The notes: generated by a model not told the origin, from the sequence alone. Numbered from the stretch's first letter, positions 40,514 to 51,448 are shown. The stretch is DNA of 64,000 nucleotides from Arenicellales bacterium (GCA_965205205.1 CBDBFX010000002.1:2285824-2349823); one strand, 5' to 3'. Translations and numbers: made by a program.

Positions 40514-40963
40514 TCGGTGCTCATCCGGTGCGGCTGGAAACCACTGCCATAGCGAACTCCTGTCGGCCGACTTCACCGCGGGCGCCGGGGTGTTCGGATG
40601 GTCGTCTGACGTCCAGGTTCCATTGACCCGGACCCGTCCCGACCTCCCGCCCGCATGCGGCGGTGATGGGCTGTCGGCGCATTCAGGCTGAAACTGCCGT
40701 TTTCGATCATCCCGGGTCTTCTGAACCGCCGGACTGCGGACCGCTTCGATTGCCTCATGCCGATCCCCGCGTCATGAGATCTGAAGGCCGTCCGATTTTC
40801 ACGCCGAAAGCGCCGTCATGCTGGTTTTCAGGTCAGCATTGAACGGACCGCAACCGTTGTCTGAAAGAATGAACCTGGGCGATGCGCGGGCCTGATGATG
40901 CGCTTCGAATGACGGATCTGAGCCGTTAATCCCTTCTGTATTGGAATAGTCTTCGTCGATCCA

Positions 40964-40972
40964 TGCTACAAT
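40964..40972 (+). promoter_or_regulatory. Extended -10-like box TGCTACAAT upstream of paralog 5
   Basis: Same invariant motif. Confidence 0.5.
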
Positions 40973-41003
40973 GGGCACCGACGTTTCACTGACCGATGAT
41001 GAA

Positions 41004-42605
41004 ATGAACAGGCTCAGACTGCCCATCGGCTCCCCAGCTTTCCGCAACATCCGCGAGCGGGGTTGCTACTATGTGGACAAGACGCCCCACATCCACCGAC
41101 TGACCGAGGGTGGCGAGTACTATTTCCTGTCCCGGCCGCGGCGCTTCGGGAAGACGCTGCTGGTGGACACGCTGCAGGAGCTGTTCGAGGGCGGTGAGGA
41201 GCTGTTCCGCGGGCTTCACATCCACGACCGATGGGACTGGTCGGTGCGCCATCCGGTGGTGCGGCTGAGCTTCGACTCCAACTATGGCGAATCGGGCAGC
41301 GTGGACAGTCACGTCATCCGGCAGCTGATCGCACTGGAAAAATTAGCGGGTGTTGAACCGCCGCCGTTGGATTACAGCGGTGCGGAACGTCTGCAGTATC
41401 TGATCGGCGAACTCCATCATCAGACTGGTCGTCAGGTGGTGGTTCTGGTGGACGAATACGACAAGCCGATCCTGGACCTGCTTGAAGATCAGGACCAGGC
41501 GAAGGCGAACCGCGATTATCTGCGCGGTCTGTACGGCATCATCAAGGGCTGCGCCCGCCATGTCCGCTTCGTTTTCGTGACCGGCATCAGCATGTATTCG
41601 AAGGTGAGTCTGTTCTCGGGGCTGAACAATCTGGACGACATCAGTCTGGATCCGGAGTATGCCACCATCTGTGGCTATACGGATGCGGACCTTGACACGG
41701 TGTTCGCCCCGGAGCTGTCGGGACTGAAACGAAAGACCATAAGGAAATGGTACAATGGCTACAGCTGGCATGAACTCGGTGAGGAGAAGGTGTACAATCC
41801 CTTCGACGTGCTGCTGCTGTTCAAAAAAAGAAAGTTCAAGCCGCATTGGTACCGAACCGGCACGCCGGGCTTTCTGCACAAGCTGATGAGGAAGGGTCAG
41901 TTCAGCACGGTGGGGCTGGAGCAGCTGGAGATGCACGAGGAGGAGCTGTCGACGTTCGAGGTGGAGGAGATGCGCCTCAATGCGCTGCTGTTCCAGTGCG
42001 GCTATCTGACCATTCGGAACTGTTACGAACGCGACGGCAACACTTACTACCGCCTGGGCTATCCGAATCTGGAGGTTCGTCAGAGTCTGAACCGGGAGCT
42101 GCTGGGGACGGTGAGCGGAGATCTGAACGGTGCGCTAACGGCGGGTGACCAGCTGTCTCGGCTGCTCGCCGACAACGACTTCGAAGGCTTCGGCGTGGCG
42201 CTGCATTCGTTCTATGCCGGTCTTCCGCATCAGTGGTATGATGTCAGTGAGGTGGCCCGCTATGAGGCGTTCTACGCCAGTGTGCTGTATGCCAGTCTGA
42301 ACGCCGTGCGTGTTGACATGCGGGCGGAGGAGTCGACGGCCAAGGGTCGAGCGGATCTGGTGGTGCTGCTGGCCGATCAGGTGTTCGTGCTGGAGATCAA
42401 GGTGGTGGTGGCGGCGGCCGGGGAGGTGGAGTCGAAGGTGGTGGAGTCGCTGGCGCAGATGCGTGAGAAAGGCTATGCGAACAAGTATCGGGGGCGCGGG
42501 GAGGCGATACACCTGATAGCGGTGGTGTTCAGTGGTGAGGAGCGCAATCTGGAGGCGCTGCGGGTGGAAGAGTTGCGCGGTGGTGAGAAGAAGTTCGTCA
42601 TATGA
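41004..42605 (+). CDS. P-loop ATPase + PD-(D/E)XK nuclease, paralog 5 (divergent C-terminal half)
   Basis: The N-terminal ~230 aa are of the common type. From ~41655 onward the sequence is clearly diverged. The nuclease core GRADLVVLLADQVFVLEIK is retained. Confidence 0.85.
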   Translation: MNRLRLPIGSPAFRNIRERGCYYVDKTPHIHRLTEGGEYYFLSRPRRFGKTLLVDTLQELFEGGEELFRGLHIHDRWDWSVRHPVVRLSFDSNYGESGSVDSHVIRQLIALEKLAGVEPPPLDYSGAERLQYLIGELHHQTGRQVVVLVDEYDKPILDLLEDQDQAKANRDYLRGLYGIIKGCARHVRFVFVTGISMYSKVSLFSGLNNLDDISLDPEYATICGYTDADLDTVFAPELSGLKRKTIRKWYNGYSWHELGEEKVYNPFDVLLLFKKRKFKPHWYRTGTPGFLHKLMRKGQFSTVGLEQLEMHEEELSTFEVEEMRLNALLFQCGYLTIRNCYERDGNTYYRLGYPNLEVRQSLNRELLGTVSGDLNGALTAGDQLSRLLADNDFEGFGVALHSFYAGLPHQWYDVSEVARYEAFYASVLYASLNAVRVDMRAEESTAKGRADLVVLLADQVFVLEIKVVVAAAGEVESKVVESLAQMREKGYANKYRGRGEAIHLIAVVFSGEERNLEALRVEELRGGEKKFVI

Positions 42606-43063
42606 CGTTCGGTGATCATTCGGTGCGGCTGGAAGCGGCTGTCGCCGCCGGTTTCAGACTGGGTTCTGCCGCCTTCGACGCGGTACCGGGTGTTTGGATG
42701 GTCGTCTGACATCCCGGTGCGATTGCCCCGGATCCGTCCTGATTTTTCGCCCGCATTCGACGGTGATGGGCTGTCGGCGCTTTCCGGCTGAAGCTGCCGT
42801 TTTCGATCATCCCGGGTCTTCTGAACCGCCGGACTGCGGACCGCTTCGATTGTCTCATGCCGATCCCCGCGTCATGAGATCTGAAGACCGTCCGATTTTC
42901 ACGCCCAAAGCGCCGTCATGCTGGTTTTCAGGTCAGCATTGAACGGACCGCAACCGTTGTCTGAAAGAATGAACCTGGGCGATGCGCGGGCCTGATGATG
43001 CGCTTCGAATGACGGATCTGAGCTGTCAATCTCTCGTATTTTGAAACGTCCGCCGTCGATCCA

Positions 43064-43072
43064 TGCTACAAT
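43064..43072 (+). promoter_or_regulatory. Extended -10-like box TGCTACAAT upstream of paralog 6
   Basis: Same invariant motif. Confidence 0.5.
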
Positions 43073-43104
43073 GGGTACAGACGGTTCACCGATCAAATCC
43101 TAAA

Positions 43105-44706
43105 ATGAACAAGCTCATACTGCCCATCGGGGATTCATCCTTTCGCAACCTCCGGGAAGATGGCTGTTATTATGTGGACAAGACGCCTCATATCCGGAAT
43201 CTGGTTGAGGGGTCCAGATACTATTTCCTGTCGCGGCCGCGCCGGTTCGGGAAGACGCTGCTGGTGGACACGCTGCAGGAGCTGTTCGAGGGCGGCGAGG
43301 AGCTGTTCCGGGGGCTTCACATCCACGACCACTGGGACTGGACCGTCCGCCACCCGGTGGTGCGGCTGAGCTTCGGCTCCAACTATGGCGCCCCGGGCCG
43401 ACTGGAAGACAATGTCAGCAACCAGTTGACCACCATTGAAAAGTACTCGGGTCTCGAACCGGCTTCACCGACGCAGTACGGACCGGACCGACTGTACAAT
43501 CTCATTCTCGCTCTCCATCATCAGAGTGGTCGTCAGGTGGTGGTGCTGGTGGACGAATACGACAAGCCGATCCTGGATCTGCTGGAGCGACCGAAACTGG
43601 CGAAGGCCAACCGCGATTACCTGCGCGGCCTGTACGGCGTCATCAAGGACTGTGCCCGATACGTACGTTTCGTCTTCGTGACCGGCGTCAGCATGTATTC
43701 GAAGGTGAGTCTGTTTTCGGGACTGAACAATCTCAGGGACATCAGTCTGAGTCCGAAGTACAACACCATCTGCGGCTATACGGATGCGGAAATCGATGCG
43801 GTGTTCGCACCGGAGCTGGCGGGACTGGAGCGCGAAGACATCCGGAAGTGGTACAACGGCTACAGCTGGGACTGGCGCGGCAAGGAGAAGGTGTACAACC
43901 CTTTCGACGTGCTGTTGCTGTTCGAAGAACGGGAGTTCGAACCCCACTGGTATGAGACCGGCACGCCGGGCTTTCTGCACGGGCTGATGGCGGAGGGTCA
44001 GTTCAGCACCGTGGGGCTGGAGAATCTGCAGATGCACCGTCGAGAGCTGTCGACGTTCGAGGTGGAGAAGATCCGCCTCAATGCGCTGCTGTTCCAGTGC
44101 GGTTATCTGACCATCCAGGACCGTCGGGCTCGCAGTGACGGCGACTATTACCTGCTCGGCTATCCGAATCTGGAGGTGCGGCGGAGTCTGAACCTGGAGC
44201 TGCTGGACACGATGGGTGGGGATCTGGAGGAGTTGATGGGCCGGAGTCGGAACATGTCGCGGTTGCTGGGCGAGAAGGATTTCGAGGGCTTTGCGGTGGC
44301 GGTGCATGCGTTTCTGGGCGGGGTGCCATATCATTGGCACACGGCCGGTGGGGGTCCGCGGCGCTATGAGGCGTATTACGCCAGTCTGCTGTATGTCGGC
44401 TTCGCGGCTGGTGGTCATGACGTGCGGGCGGAGGAGTCGTCGGCGAAGGGTCGTTCGGATCTGGTGGTGCTGCTGGGGGGTCGGGTGTTCGTGCTGGAGT
44501 GCAAGATGGCGGATGAGGGGGAAGAGGAGTCGAAGGCGGTGGCGGCATTGGCGCAGATTCGGCGTCAGGGCTATGCGGACAGGTACGGTAATCTCGGGGA
44601 GGAGATTCATCTGCTGTCGGTGGTGTTCAGTCGCAAGGAGCGCAATCTGGCGGCGGTGCAGGTGGAGCGGATGCATCTTGTTGAGAGACGGTTCGTCGAG
44701 ATCTGA
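43105..44706 (+). CDS. P-loop ATPase + PD-(D/E)XK nuclease, paralog 6
   Basis: Same motifs. N-terminus type I, variable block gamma. The N-terminal two thirds are identical at protein level to paralog 11. Confidence 0.85.
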   Translation: MNKLILPIGDSSFRNLREDGCYYVDKTPHIRNLVEGSRYYFLSRPRRFGKTLLVDTLQELFEGGEELFRGLHIHDHWDWTVRHPVVRLSFGSNYGAPGRLEDNVSNQLTTIEKYSGLEPASPTQYGPDRLYNLILALHHQSGRQVVVLVDEYDKPILDLLERPKLAKANRDYLRGLYGVIKDCARYVRFVFVTGVSMYSKVSLFSGLNNLRDISLSPKYNTICGYTDAEIDAVFAPELAGLEREDIRKWYNGYSWDWRGKEKVYNPFDVLLLFEEREFEPHWYETGTPGFLHGLMAEGQFSTVGLENLQMHRRELSTFEVEKIRLNALLFQCGYLTIQDRRARSDGDYYLLGYPNLEVRRSLNLELLDTMGGDLEELMGRSRNMSRLLGEKDFEGFAVAVHAFLGGVPYHWHTAGGGPRRYEAYYASLLYVGFAAGGHDVRAEESSAKGRSDLVVLLGGRVFVLECKMADEGEEESKAVAALAQIRRQGYADRYGNLGEEIHLLSVVFSRKERNLAAVQVERMHLVERRFVEI

Positions 44707-45162
44707 TCGGTGATCATTCGGTGTGCCTGAAATTCATAGTCGTTACCCGTTTCAGATCGGCTGTCTGTCAAGTTCGCCGCGGCACCGGATTTTCGGATGG
44801 TCGTCTGACATCCGGGTGCCATTGACCCGGACCCGTCCTGATTTTCCGCCCGCATGCGGCGGTGATGGGCTGTCGGCGCTTTCCGGCTGAAGCTGCCGTT
44901 TTCGATCATCCCGGGTCTTCTGAACCGCCGGACTGCGGACCGCTTCGATTGTCTCATGCCGATCCCCGCGTCATGAGATCTGAAGGCCGTCCGATTTTCA
45001 CGCCCAAAGCGCCGTCATGCTGTTTTTCAGGTCAACATTGAACGGACCGCAACCGGTGTCTGAAAGAATGAACCTGGGCGATGCGCGGGCCTGATGATGC
45101 GCTTCGAATGACGGATCTGAGCCGTTAATCCCTTCTGTATTGGAATAGTCTTCGTCGATCCA

Positions 45163-45171
45163 TGCTACAAT
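45163..45171 (+). promoter_or_regulatory. Extended -10-like box TGCTACAAT upstream of paralog 7
   Basis: Same invariant motif. Confidence 0.5.
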
Positions 45172-45202
45172 GGGCACCGACGTTTCACTGACCGATGATG
45201 AA

Positions 45203-46795
45203 ATGAACAGGCTCATACTGCCCATCGGCTCCCCAGCCTTCCGCAACATCCGCGAGCGGGGCTGCTACTATGTGGACAAGACGCCCCACATCCACCGACT
45301 GACCGAGGGTGGCGAGTACTATTTCCTGTCGCGGCCGCGGCGCTTCGGGAAGACGCTGCTGGTGGACACGATGCAGGAGCTGTTCGAGGGCAGTGAGGAG
45401 CTGTTCCGCGGGCTTCACATCCACGACCGATGGGACTGGTCGGTGCGCCATCCGGTGGTGCGGCTGAGCTTCGGTTCCGACTATCGCGAATCGGGCAGTG
45501 TTGACAGTCACGTCATCCGGCAGCTGATCGCACTGGAAAAATTAGCGGGTGTTGAACCGCCGCCGCTGGATTACAGCGGTGCGGAACGTCTGCAGTATCT
45601 GATCGGCGAACTCCATCATCGGACTGGTCGGCAGGTGGTGGTGCTGGTGGACGAATACGACAAGCCGATCCTGGATCTGCTGGAACGACCGAAACTGGCG
45701 AAGGCCAACCGCGATTACCTGCGCGGCCTGTACGGCATCATCAAGGACTGTGCCCGATACGTACGTTTCGTGTTCGTGACCGGCGTCAGCATGTATTCGA
45801 AGGTGAGTCTGTTTTCGGGACTGAACAATCTCAGGGACATCAGTCTGAGTCCGAAGTACAACACCATCTGCGGCTATACGGATGCGGAAATCGATGCGGT
45901 GTTCGCACCGGAGCTGGCGGGACTGGAGCGCGAAGACATCCGGAAGTGGTACAACGGCTACAGCTGGGACTGGCGCGGCAAGGAGAAGGTGTACAATCCC
46001 TTCGACGTGCTGCTGCTGTTCGAAGAACGGGAGTTCAAACCTCATTGGTATAGAACTGGCACGCCGGGCTTTCTGCACGGGCTGATGGCGGCTGGTCAGT
46101 TCAGCACCGTGGGGCTGGAGAATCTGCAGATGCACGAGGAGGCGCTGTCGACGTTCGAGGTGGGTAAGATCCGCCTCAATGCGCTGCTGTTCCAGTGCGG
46201 TTATCTGACCATCCAGGACCGTCAGGTTCGCAGCGACGGCGACTACTACCTGCTCGGCTATCCGAATCTGGAGGTGCGTCGAAGTCTGAACCTGGAGTTG
46301 CTGGACACGATGGGTGGGGATCTGGTGGGCCGGAGTCGGAACATGTCGCGGTTGCTGGGCGAGAAGGATTTCGAGGGCTTTGCGGTGGCGGTGCATGCGT
46401 TTCTGGGCGGGGTGCCATATCATTGGCACACGGCCGGTGGGGGTCCGCGCCGTTATGAGGCGTATTACGCCAGTCTGCTGTATGTCGGCTTCGCGGCTGG
46501 GGGTCATGACGTGCGTGCGGAGGAGTCGTCGGCGAAGGGCCGATCGGATCTGGTGGTGCTGCTGGGGGGTCGGGTGTTCGTGCTGGAGTGCAAGATGGCG
46601 GGTGAGGGGGAAGAGGAGTCGAAGGCGTTGGCGGGGCTGGCGCAGATTCGGCGTCAGGGCTATGCGGGCAGGTACGGCAACCTGGGTGAGGAGATTCATC
46701 TGCTGTCGGTGGTGTTCAGTCGCAAGGAGCGCAATCTGGCGGCGGTGCAGGTGGAGCGGATGCATCTTGGTGAGAGACGGTTCGTCGAGAGCTGA
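45203..46795 (+). CDS. P-loop ATPase + PD-(D/E)XK nuclease, paralog 7
   Basis: Same motifs. N-terminus type R, variable block alpha, followed by ERPKLAK. Confidence 0.85.
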   Translation: MNRLILPIGSPAFRNIRERGCYYVDKTPHIHRLTEGGEYYFLSRPRRFGKTLLVDTMQELFEGSEELFRGLHIHDRWDWSVRHPVVRLSFGSDYRESGSVDSHVIRQLIALEKLAGVEPPPLDYSGAERLQYLIGELHHRTGRQVVVLVDEYDKPILDLLERPKLAKANRDYLRGLYGIIKDCARYVRFVFVTGVSMYSKVSLFSGLNNLRDISLSPKYNTICGYTDAEIDAVFAPELAGLEREDIRKWYNGYSWDWRGKEKVYNPFDVLLLFEEREFKPHWYRTGTPGFLHGLMAAGQFSTVGLENLQMHEEALSTFEVGKIRLNALLFQCGYLTIQDRQVRSDGDYYLLGYPNLEVRRSLNLELLDTMGGDLVGRSRNMSRLLGEKDFEGFAVAVHAFLGGVPYHWHTAGGGPRRYEAYYASLLYVGFAAGGHDVRAEESSAKGRSDLVVLLGGRVFVLECKMAGEGEEESKALAGLAQIRRQGYAGRYGNLGEEIHLLSVVFSRKERNLAAVQVERMHLGERRFVES

Positions 46796-47251
46796 TCGGT
46801 GATCATTCGGTGTGCCTGAAATTCATAGTCGTTACCCGTTTCAGATCGGCTGTCTGTCGAGTTCGCCGCGGCACCGGATTTTCGGATGGTCGTCTGACAT
46901 CCGGGTGCCATTGACCCGGACCCGTCCTGATTTTCCGCCCGCATGCGGCGGTGATGGGCTGTCGGCGCTTTCCGGCTGACGCTGCCGTTTTCGATCATCC
47001 CGGGTCTTCTGAACGGCCGGACTGCGGACCGCTTCGATTGTCTCATGCCGATCAACGCGTCATGAGATCTGAAGGCCGTCCGATTTTCACGCCCAAAGCG
47101 CCGTCATGCTGTTTTTCAGGTCAACATTGAACGGACCGCAACCGTTGTCTGAAAGAATGAACCTGGGCGATGCGCGGGCCTGATGATGCGCTTCGAATGA
47201 CGGATCTGAGCTGTCAATCTCTCGTATTTTGAAACGTCCGCCGACGATCGA

Positions 47252-47260
47252 TGCTACAAT
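47252..47260 (+). promoter_or_regulatory. Extended -10-like box TGCTACAAT upstream of paralog 8
   Basis: Same invariant motif. Confidence 0.5.
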
Positions 47261-47292
47261 GGGCACTGACGGTTCACTGATCAAATCCTGAA

Positions 47293-48894
47293 ATGAACAA
47301 GCTCAGACTGCCCATCGGCTCCTCAGCCTTCCGCAACATCCGCAAGCGGGGTTATTACTATGTGGACAAGACGCCCCACATTCACAGGCTGATTGAGGGT
47401 GGCGAGTACTATTTCCTGTCGCGGCCGCGGCGCTTCGGGAAGACGCTGCTGGTGGACACGCTGCAGGAGCTGTTCGAGGGCGGCGAGGAGCTGTTCCGGG
47501 GGCTTCACATCCACGACCGATGGGACTGGTCGGTGCGCCATCCGGTGGTGCGGCTGAGCTTCGGCTCCGACTATCGCGAATCGGGCAGCGTGGACGGCCA
47601 CGTCATCCGGCAGCTGATCGCACTGGAAAAATTAGCGGGTGTTGAACCGCCGCCGTTGGATTACAGCGGTGCGGAACGTCTGCAGTATCTGATCGGCGAA
47701 CTCCATCATCGGACTGGTCGGCAGGTGGTGGTGCTGGTGGACGAATACGACAAGCCGATCCTGGACCTGCTTGAGGATCAGGACCAGGCGAAGGCCAACC
47801 GCGACTACCTGCGCGGTCTGTACGGCATCATCAAGGACTGCGCCCGCCAGGTCCGCTTCGTTTTCGTGACCGGCATCAGCATGTATTCGAAGGTGAGTCT
47901 GTTTTCGGGGCTGAACAATCTGGACGACATCAGTCTGGATCCGGAGTACAACACCATCTGTGGCTACACGGATGTGGAAATTGACACCGTGTTCGCACCG
48001 GAGCTGCCGGACCTGGAGCGCGCGGACATTCGGAAGTGGTACAACGGCTACAGCTGGGACTGGCGCGGCAAGGAGAAGGTGTACAATCCCTTCGACGTGC
48101 TGCTGCTGTTTAAAAAACGGGAGTTCGAACCCCACTGGTATGAGACCGGCACGCCGGGCTTTCTGCACGGGCTGATGGGGAAGGTTCAGTTCAGCACCGT
48201 GGGGCTGGAGAATCTGCAGATGCACCGTCGAGAGCTGTCGACGTTCGAGGTGGAGAAGATCCGCCTCAATGCGCTGCTGTTCCAGTGCGGTTATCTGACC
48301 ATCCAGGACCGTCGGGCTCACAGCGACGGCGACTACTACCTGCTCGGCTATCCGAATCTGGAGGTGCGGCAGAGTCTGAACCGGGAGCTGCTGGACACGA
48401 TGGTTGGGGATCTGGAGGAGTTGATGGGCCGGAGTCGGAACATGTCGCGGTTGCTGGGCGAGAAGGATTTCGAGGGCTTTGCGGTGGCGGTGCATGCGTT
48501 TCTGGGCGGGGTGCCATATCATTGGCACACGGCCGGTGGGGGTCCGCGCCGTTATGAGGCGTATTACGCCAGTCTGCTGTATGTCGGCTTCGCGGCTGGG
48601 GGTCATGACGTGCGGGCGGAGGAGTCGTCGGCGAAGGGCCGATCGGATCTGGTGGTGTTGCTGGGGGATCGGGTGTTCGTGCTGGAGTGCAAGATGGCGG
48701 GTGAGGGGGAAGAGGAGTCGAAGGCGGTGGCGGGGCTGGCGCAGATTCGGCGTCAGGGCTATGCGGACAGGTACGGCAATCTGGGGGAGGAGATTCATCT
48801 GCTGTCGGTGGTGTTCAGTCGCAAGGAGCGCAATCTGGCGGCGGTGCAGGTGGAGCAGATGCCCGTTGGTGAGAGACGGTTCGTCGAGAGCTGA
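47293..48894 (+). CDS. P-loop ATPase + PD-(D/E)XK nuclease, paralog 8
   Basis: Same motifs. An in-frame TGA at 47278-47280 fixes MNKL as the start codon, which defines the start used for all paralogs. Confidence 0.88.
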   Translation: MNKLRLPIGSSAFRNIRKRGYYYVDKTPHIHRLIEGGEYYFLSRPRRFGKTLLVDTLQELFEGGEELFRGLHIHDRWDWSVRHPVVRLSFGSDYRESGSVDGHVIRQLIALEKLAGVEPPPLDYSGAERLQYLIGELHHRTGRQVVVLVDEYDKPILDLLEDQDQAKANRDYLRGLYGIIKDCARQVRFVFVTGISMYSKVSLFSGLNNLDDISLDPEYNTICGYTDVEIDTVFAPELPDLERADIRKWYNGYSWDWRGKEKVYNPFDVLLLFKKREFEPHWYETGTPGFLHGLMGKVQFSTVGLENLQMHRRELSTFEVEKIRLNALLFQCGYLTIQDRRAHSDGDYYLLGYPNLEVRQSLNRELLDTMVGDLEELMGRSRNMSRLLGEKDFEGFAVAVHAFLGGVPYHWHTAGGGPRRYEAYYASLLYVGFAAGGHDVRAEESSAKGRSDLVVLLGDRVFVLECKMAGEGEEESKAVAGLAQIRRQGYADRYGNLGEEIHLLSVVFSRKERNLAAVQVEQMPVGERRFVES

Positions 48895-48991
48895 TCGGTG
48901 CTCATCCGGTGCGGCTGGAAACCACTGCCATAGCGAACTCCTGTCTGCCGACTGGGTCGCGGGCGGCGGGGTGTTCGGATGGTCGTCTGAC

Positions 48992-49014
48992 GTCCGGGTG
49001 CCATTGACCCGGAC
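48992..49014 (+). terminator. Spacer hairpin GTCCGGGT-N7-ACCCGGAC (after paralog 8)
   Basis: Same element, followed by CCGTCCTGATTTTCC and the palindrome CCGCATGCGG. Confidence 0.4.
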
Positions 49015-49342
49015 CCGTCCTGATTTTCCGCCCGCATGCGGCGGTGATGGACTGTCGGCGCATTCAGGCTGAAACCACCGTTTTCATCATCCCGGCACTC
49101 TGAACCGCTGGACTGCGGACCGCTTCGATTGTCTCATGCCGATCCCCGCGTCATGAGATCTGAAGGCCGTCCGATTTTCACGCCCAAAGCGCCGTCATGC
49201 TGTTTTTCAGGTCAACATTGAACGGACCGCAACCGTTGTCTGAAAGAATGAACCTGGGCGATGCGCGGGCCTGATGATGCGCTTCGAATGGCGGATCTGA
49301 GATGTCAATCCCTCGTATTTTGAAACGTCCGCCGACGATCGA

Positions 49343-49351
49343 TGCTACAAT
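49343..49351 (+). promoter_or_regulatory. Extended -10-like box TGCTACAAT upstream of paralog 9
   Basis: Same invariant motif. Confidence 0.5.
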
Positions 49352-49383
49352 GGGCACTGACGGTTCACCGATCAAATCCTGAA

Positions 49384-50985
49384 ATGAACAAGCTCAGACT
49401 GCCCATCGGCTCCCCAGCCTTCCGCAACATCCGCGAGCGGGGCTGCTACTATGTGGACAAGACGCCTCACATTCACAGACTGACCGAGGGTGGCGAATAC
49501 TATTTCCTGTCTCGGCCGCGGCGGTTCGGGAAGACGCTGCTGGTGGACACGATGCAGGAGCTGTTCGAGGGCAGTGAGGAGCTGTTCCGGGGGCTTCACA
49601 TCCACGACCGCTGGGACTGGTCCGTCCGCCATCCGGTGGTGCGGCTGAGCTTCGACTCTGAATATCGCGCACCGGAACGACTGGAAGACAATGTCAACAA
49701 CCAGCTGAATAACATTGAAAAGTACTCGGGTCTCGAACCGATTTCACCGACGCAGCACGGACCGGACCGACTGTACAATCTGATCCTCGCTCTGCATCAT
49801 CAGACTGGTCGTCAGGTGGTGGTCCTGGTGGACGAATACGACAAGCCGATCCTGGACCTGCTGGAGCGGAAAAAACTGGCGAAGGCCAACCGCGATTATC
49901 TGCGCGGTCTGTACGGCGTCATCAAGGGCTGTGCCCGGCATGTCCGTTTCGTTTTCGTGACCGGCATCAGCATGTATTCGAAGGTGAGTCTGTTTTCGGG
50001 GCTGAACAATCTGGACGACATCAGTCTGGATCCGGAGTACAACACCATCTGTGGCTACACGGATGTGGAAATTGACACCGTGTTCGCACCGGAGCTGCCG
50101 GACCTGGAGCGCGCGGACATTCGGAAGTGGTACAACGGCTACAGCTGGGACTGGCGCGGTGGGGAGAAGGTGTACAACCCCTTCGACGTGCTGCTGCTGT
50201 TTAAAAAACGGGAGTTCAAACCTCATTGGTATAGAACTGGCACGCCGGGCTTTCTGCACGGGCTGATGGCGGCTGGTCAGTTCAGCACCGTGGGGCTGGA
50301 GAATCTGCAGATGCACGAGGAGGCGCTGTCGACGTTCGAGGTGGGTAAGATCCGCCTCAATGCGCTGCTGTTTCAGTGCGGTTATCTGACCATCCGGGAC
50401 CGTCAGGCTCGCAGTGACGGCGACTACTACCTGCTCGGCTATCCGAATCTGGAGGTGCGGCAGAGTCTGAACCGGGAGCTGCTGGACACGATGGTTGGGG
50501 ATCTGGAGGAGTTGATGGGCCGGAGTCGGAACATGTCGCGGTTGCTGGGCGAGAAGGATTTCGAGGGCTTTGCGGTGGCGGTGCATGCGTTTCTGGGCGG
50601 GGTGCCATATCATTGGCACACGGCCGGTGGGGGTCCGCGCCGTTATGAGGCGTATTACGCCAGTCTGCTGTATGTCGGCTTCGCGGCTGGGGGTCATGAC
50701 GTGCGTGCGGAGGAGTCGTCGGCGAAGGGCCGATCGGATCTGGTGGTGTTGCTGGGGGATCGGGTGTTCGTGCTGGAGTGCAAGATGGCGGGTGAGGGGG
50801 AAGAGGAGTCGAAGGCGGTGGCGGGGCTGGCGCAGATTCGGCGTCAGGGCTATGCGGACAGGTACGGCAATCTGGGTGAGGAGATTCATCTGCTGTCGGT
50901 GGTGTTCAGTCGCAAGGAGCGCAATCTGGCGACGGTGCGGGTGGAACGGATGCGCCTTGATGAGAGACGGTTCGTCAAGAGCTGA
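49384..50985 (+). CDS. P-loop ATPase + PD-(D/E)XK nuclease, paralog 9
   Basis: Same motifs. N-terminus type R with variable block gamma, a combination not seen in paralogs 4, 6 or 11. Confidence 0.85.
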   Translation: MNKLRLPIGSPAFRNIRERGCYYVDKTPHIHRLTEGGEYYFLSRPRRFGKTLLVDTMQELFEGSEELFRGLHIHDRWDWSVRHPVVRLSFDSEYRAPERLEDNVNNQLNNIEKYSGLEPISPTQHGPDRLYNLILALHHQTGRQVVVLVDEYDKPILDLLERKKLAKANRDYLRGLYGVIKGCARHVRFVFVTGISMYSKVSLFSGLNNLDDISLDPEYNTICGYTDVEIDTVFAPELPDLERADIRKWYNGYSWDWRGGEKVYNPFDVLLLFKKREFKPHWYRTGTPGFLHGLMAAGQFSTVGLENLQMHEEALSTFEVGKIRLNALLFQCGYLTIRDRQARSDGDYYLLGYPNLEVRQSLNRELLDTMVGDLEELMGRSRNMSRLLGEKDFEGFAVAVHAFLGGVPYHWHTAGGGPRRYEAYYASLLYVGFAAGGHDVRAEESSAKGRSDLVVLLGDRVFVLECKMAGEGEEESKAVAGLAQIRRQGYADRYGNLGEEIHLLSVVFSRKERNLATVRVERMRLDERRFVKS

Positions 50986-51439
50986 TCGGTGCTCATCCGG
51001 TGCGGCTGAAATTCATAGTCGTTACCCGTTTCAGATCGGCTGTCTGTCGAGTTCGCCGCGGCACCGGATTTTCGGATGGTCGTCTGACATCCGGGTGCCA
51101 TTGACCCGGACCCGTCCTGATTTTCCGCCCGCATGCGGCGGTGATGGGCTGTCGGCGCTTTCAGGCTGAAACCACCGTTTTCATCATCCCGGCACTCTGA
51201 ACCGCCGGACTGCGGACCGCTTCGATTGTCTCATGCCGATCAACGCGTGCTGAGATCTGGAGTCCGTCCGGTGTCCACGCCAATAACGCCGTCATGCTGG
51301 TTTTCAGGTCAGCATTGAACGGACCGCAACCGGTGTCTGAAAGAATGAACCTGGGCGATGCGCGGGCCTGATGATGCGCTTCGAATGACGGATCTGAGCC
51401 GTTAATCCCTTCTGTATTGGAATAGTCTTCGTCGATCCA

Positions 51440-51448
51440 TGCTACAAT
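51440..51448 (+). promoter_or_regulatory. Extended -10-like box TGCTACAAT upstream of paralog 10
   Basis: Same invariant motif. Confidence 0.5.

Noticed and set aside
42694-42942. Plus-strand spacer ORF (…MGCRRFPAEAAVFDHPGSSEPPDCGPLRLSHAD…FTPKAPSCWFSGQH) seen in several spacers.
   Set aside because: In the alternative spacer version (for example after paralogs 3, 8 and 9) the same frame stops after ~18 codons (MGCRRIQAETTVFIIPAL*). It is therefore not maintained as a coding frame.
49178-49375. Conserved 65-83-aa (121 aa upstream of paralog 10) antisense ORF in each spacer (MIGEPS.PIVA...FEAHHQARASPRFILSD.GCGPFN.DLK.SMTAL.A).
   Set aside because: It runs antisense through the promoter box and into the leader of the next gene, and its start and length vary from unit to unit. 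Conservation is no higher than that of the surrounding non-coding spacer DNA. There is no ribosome-binding site and no recognisable domain.
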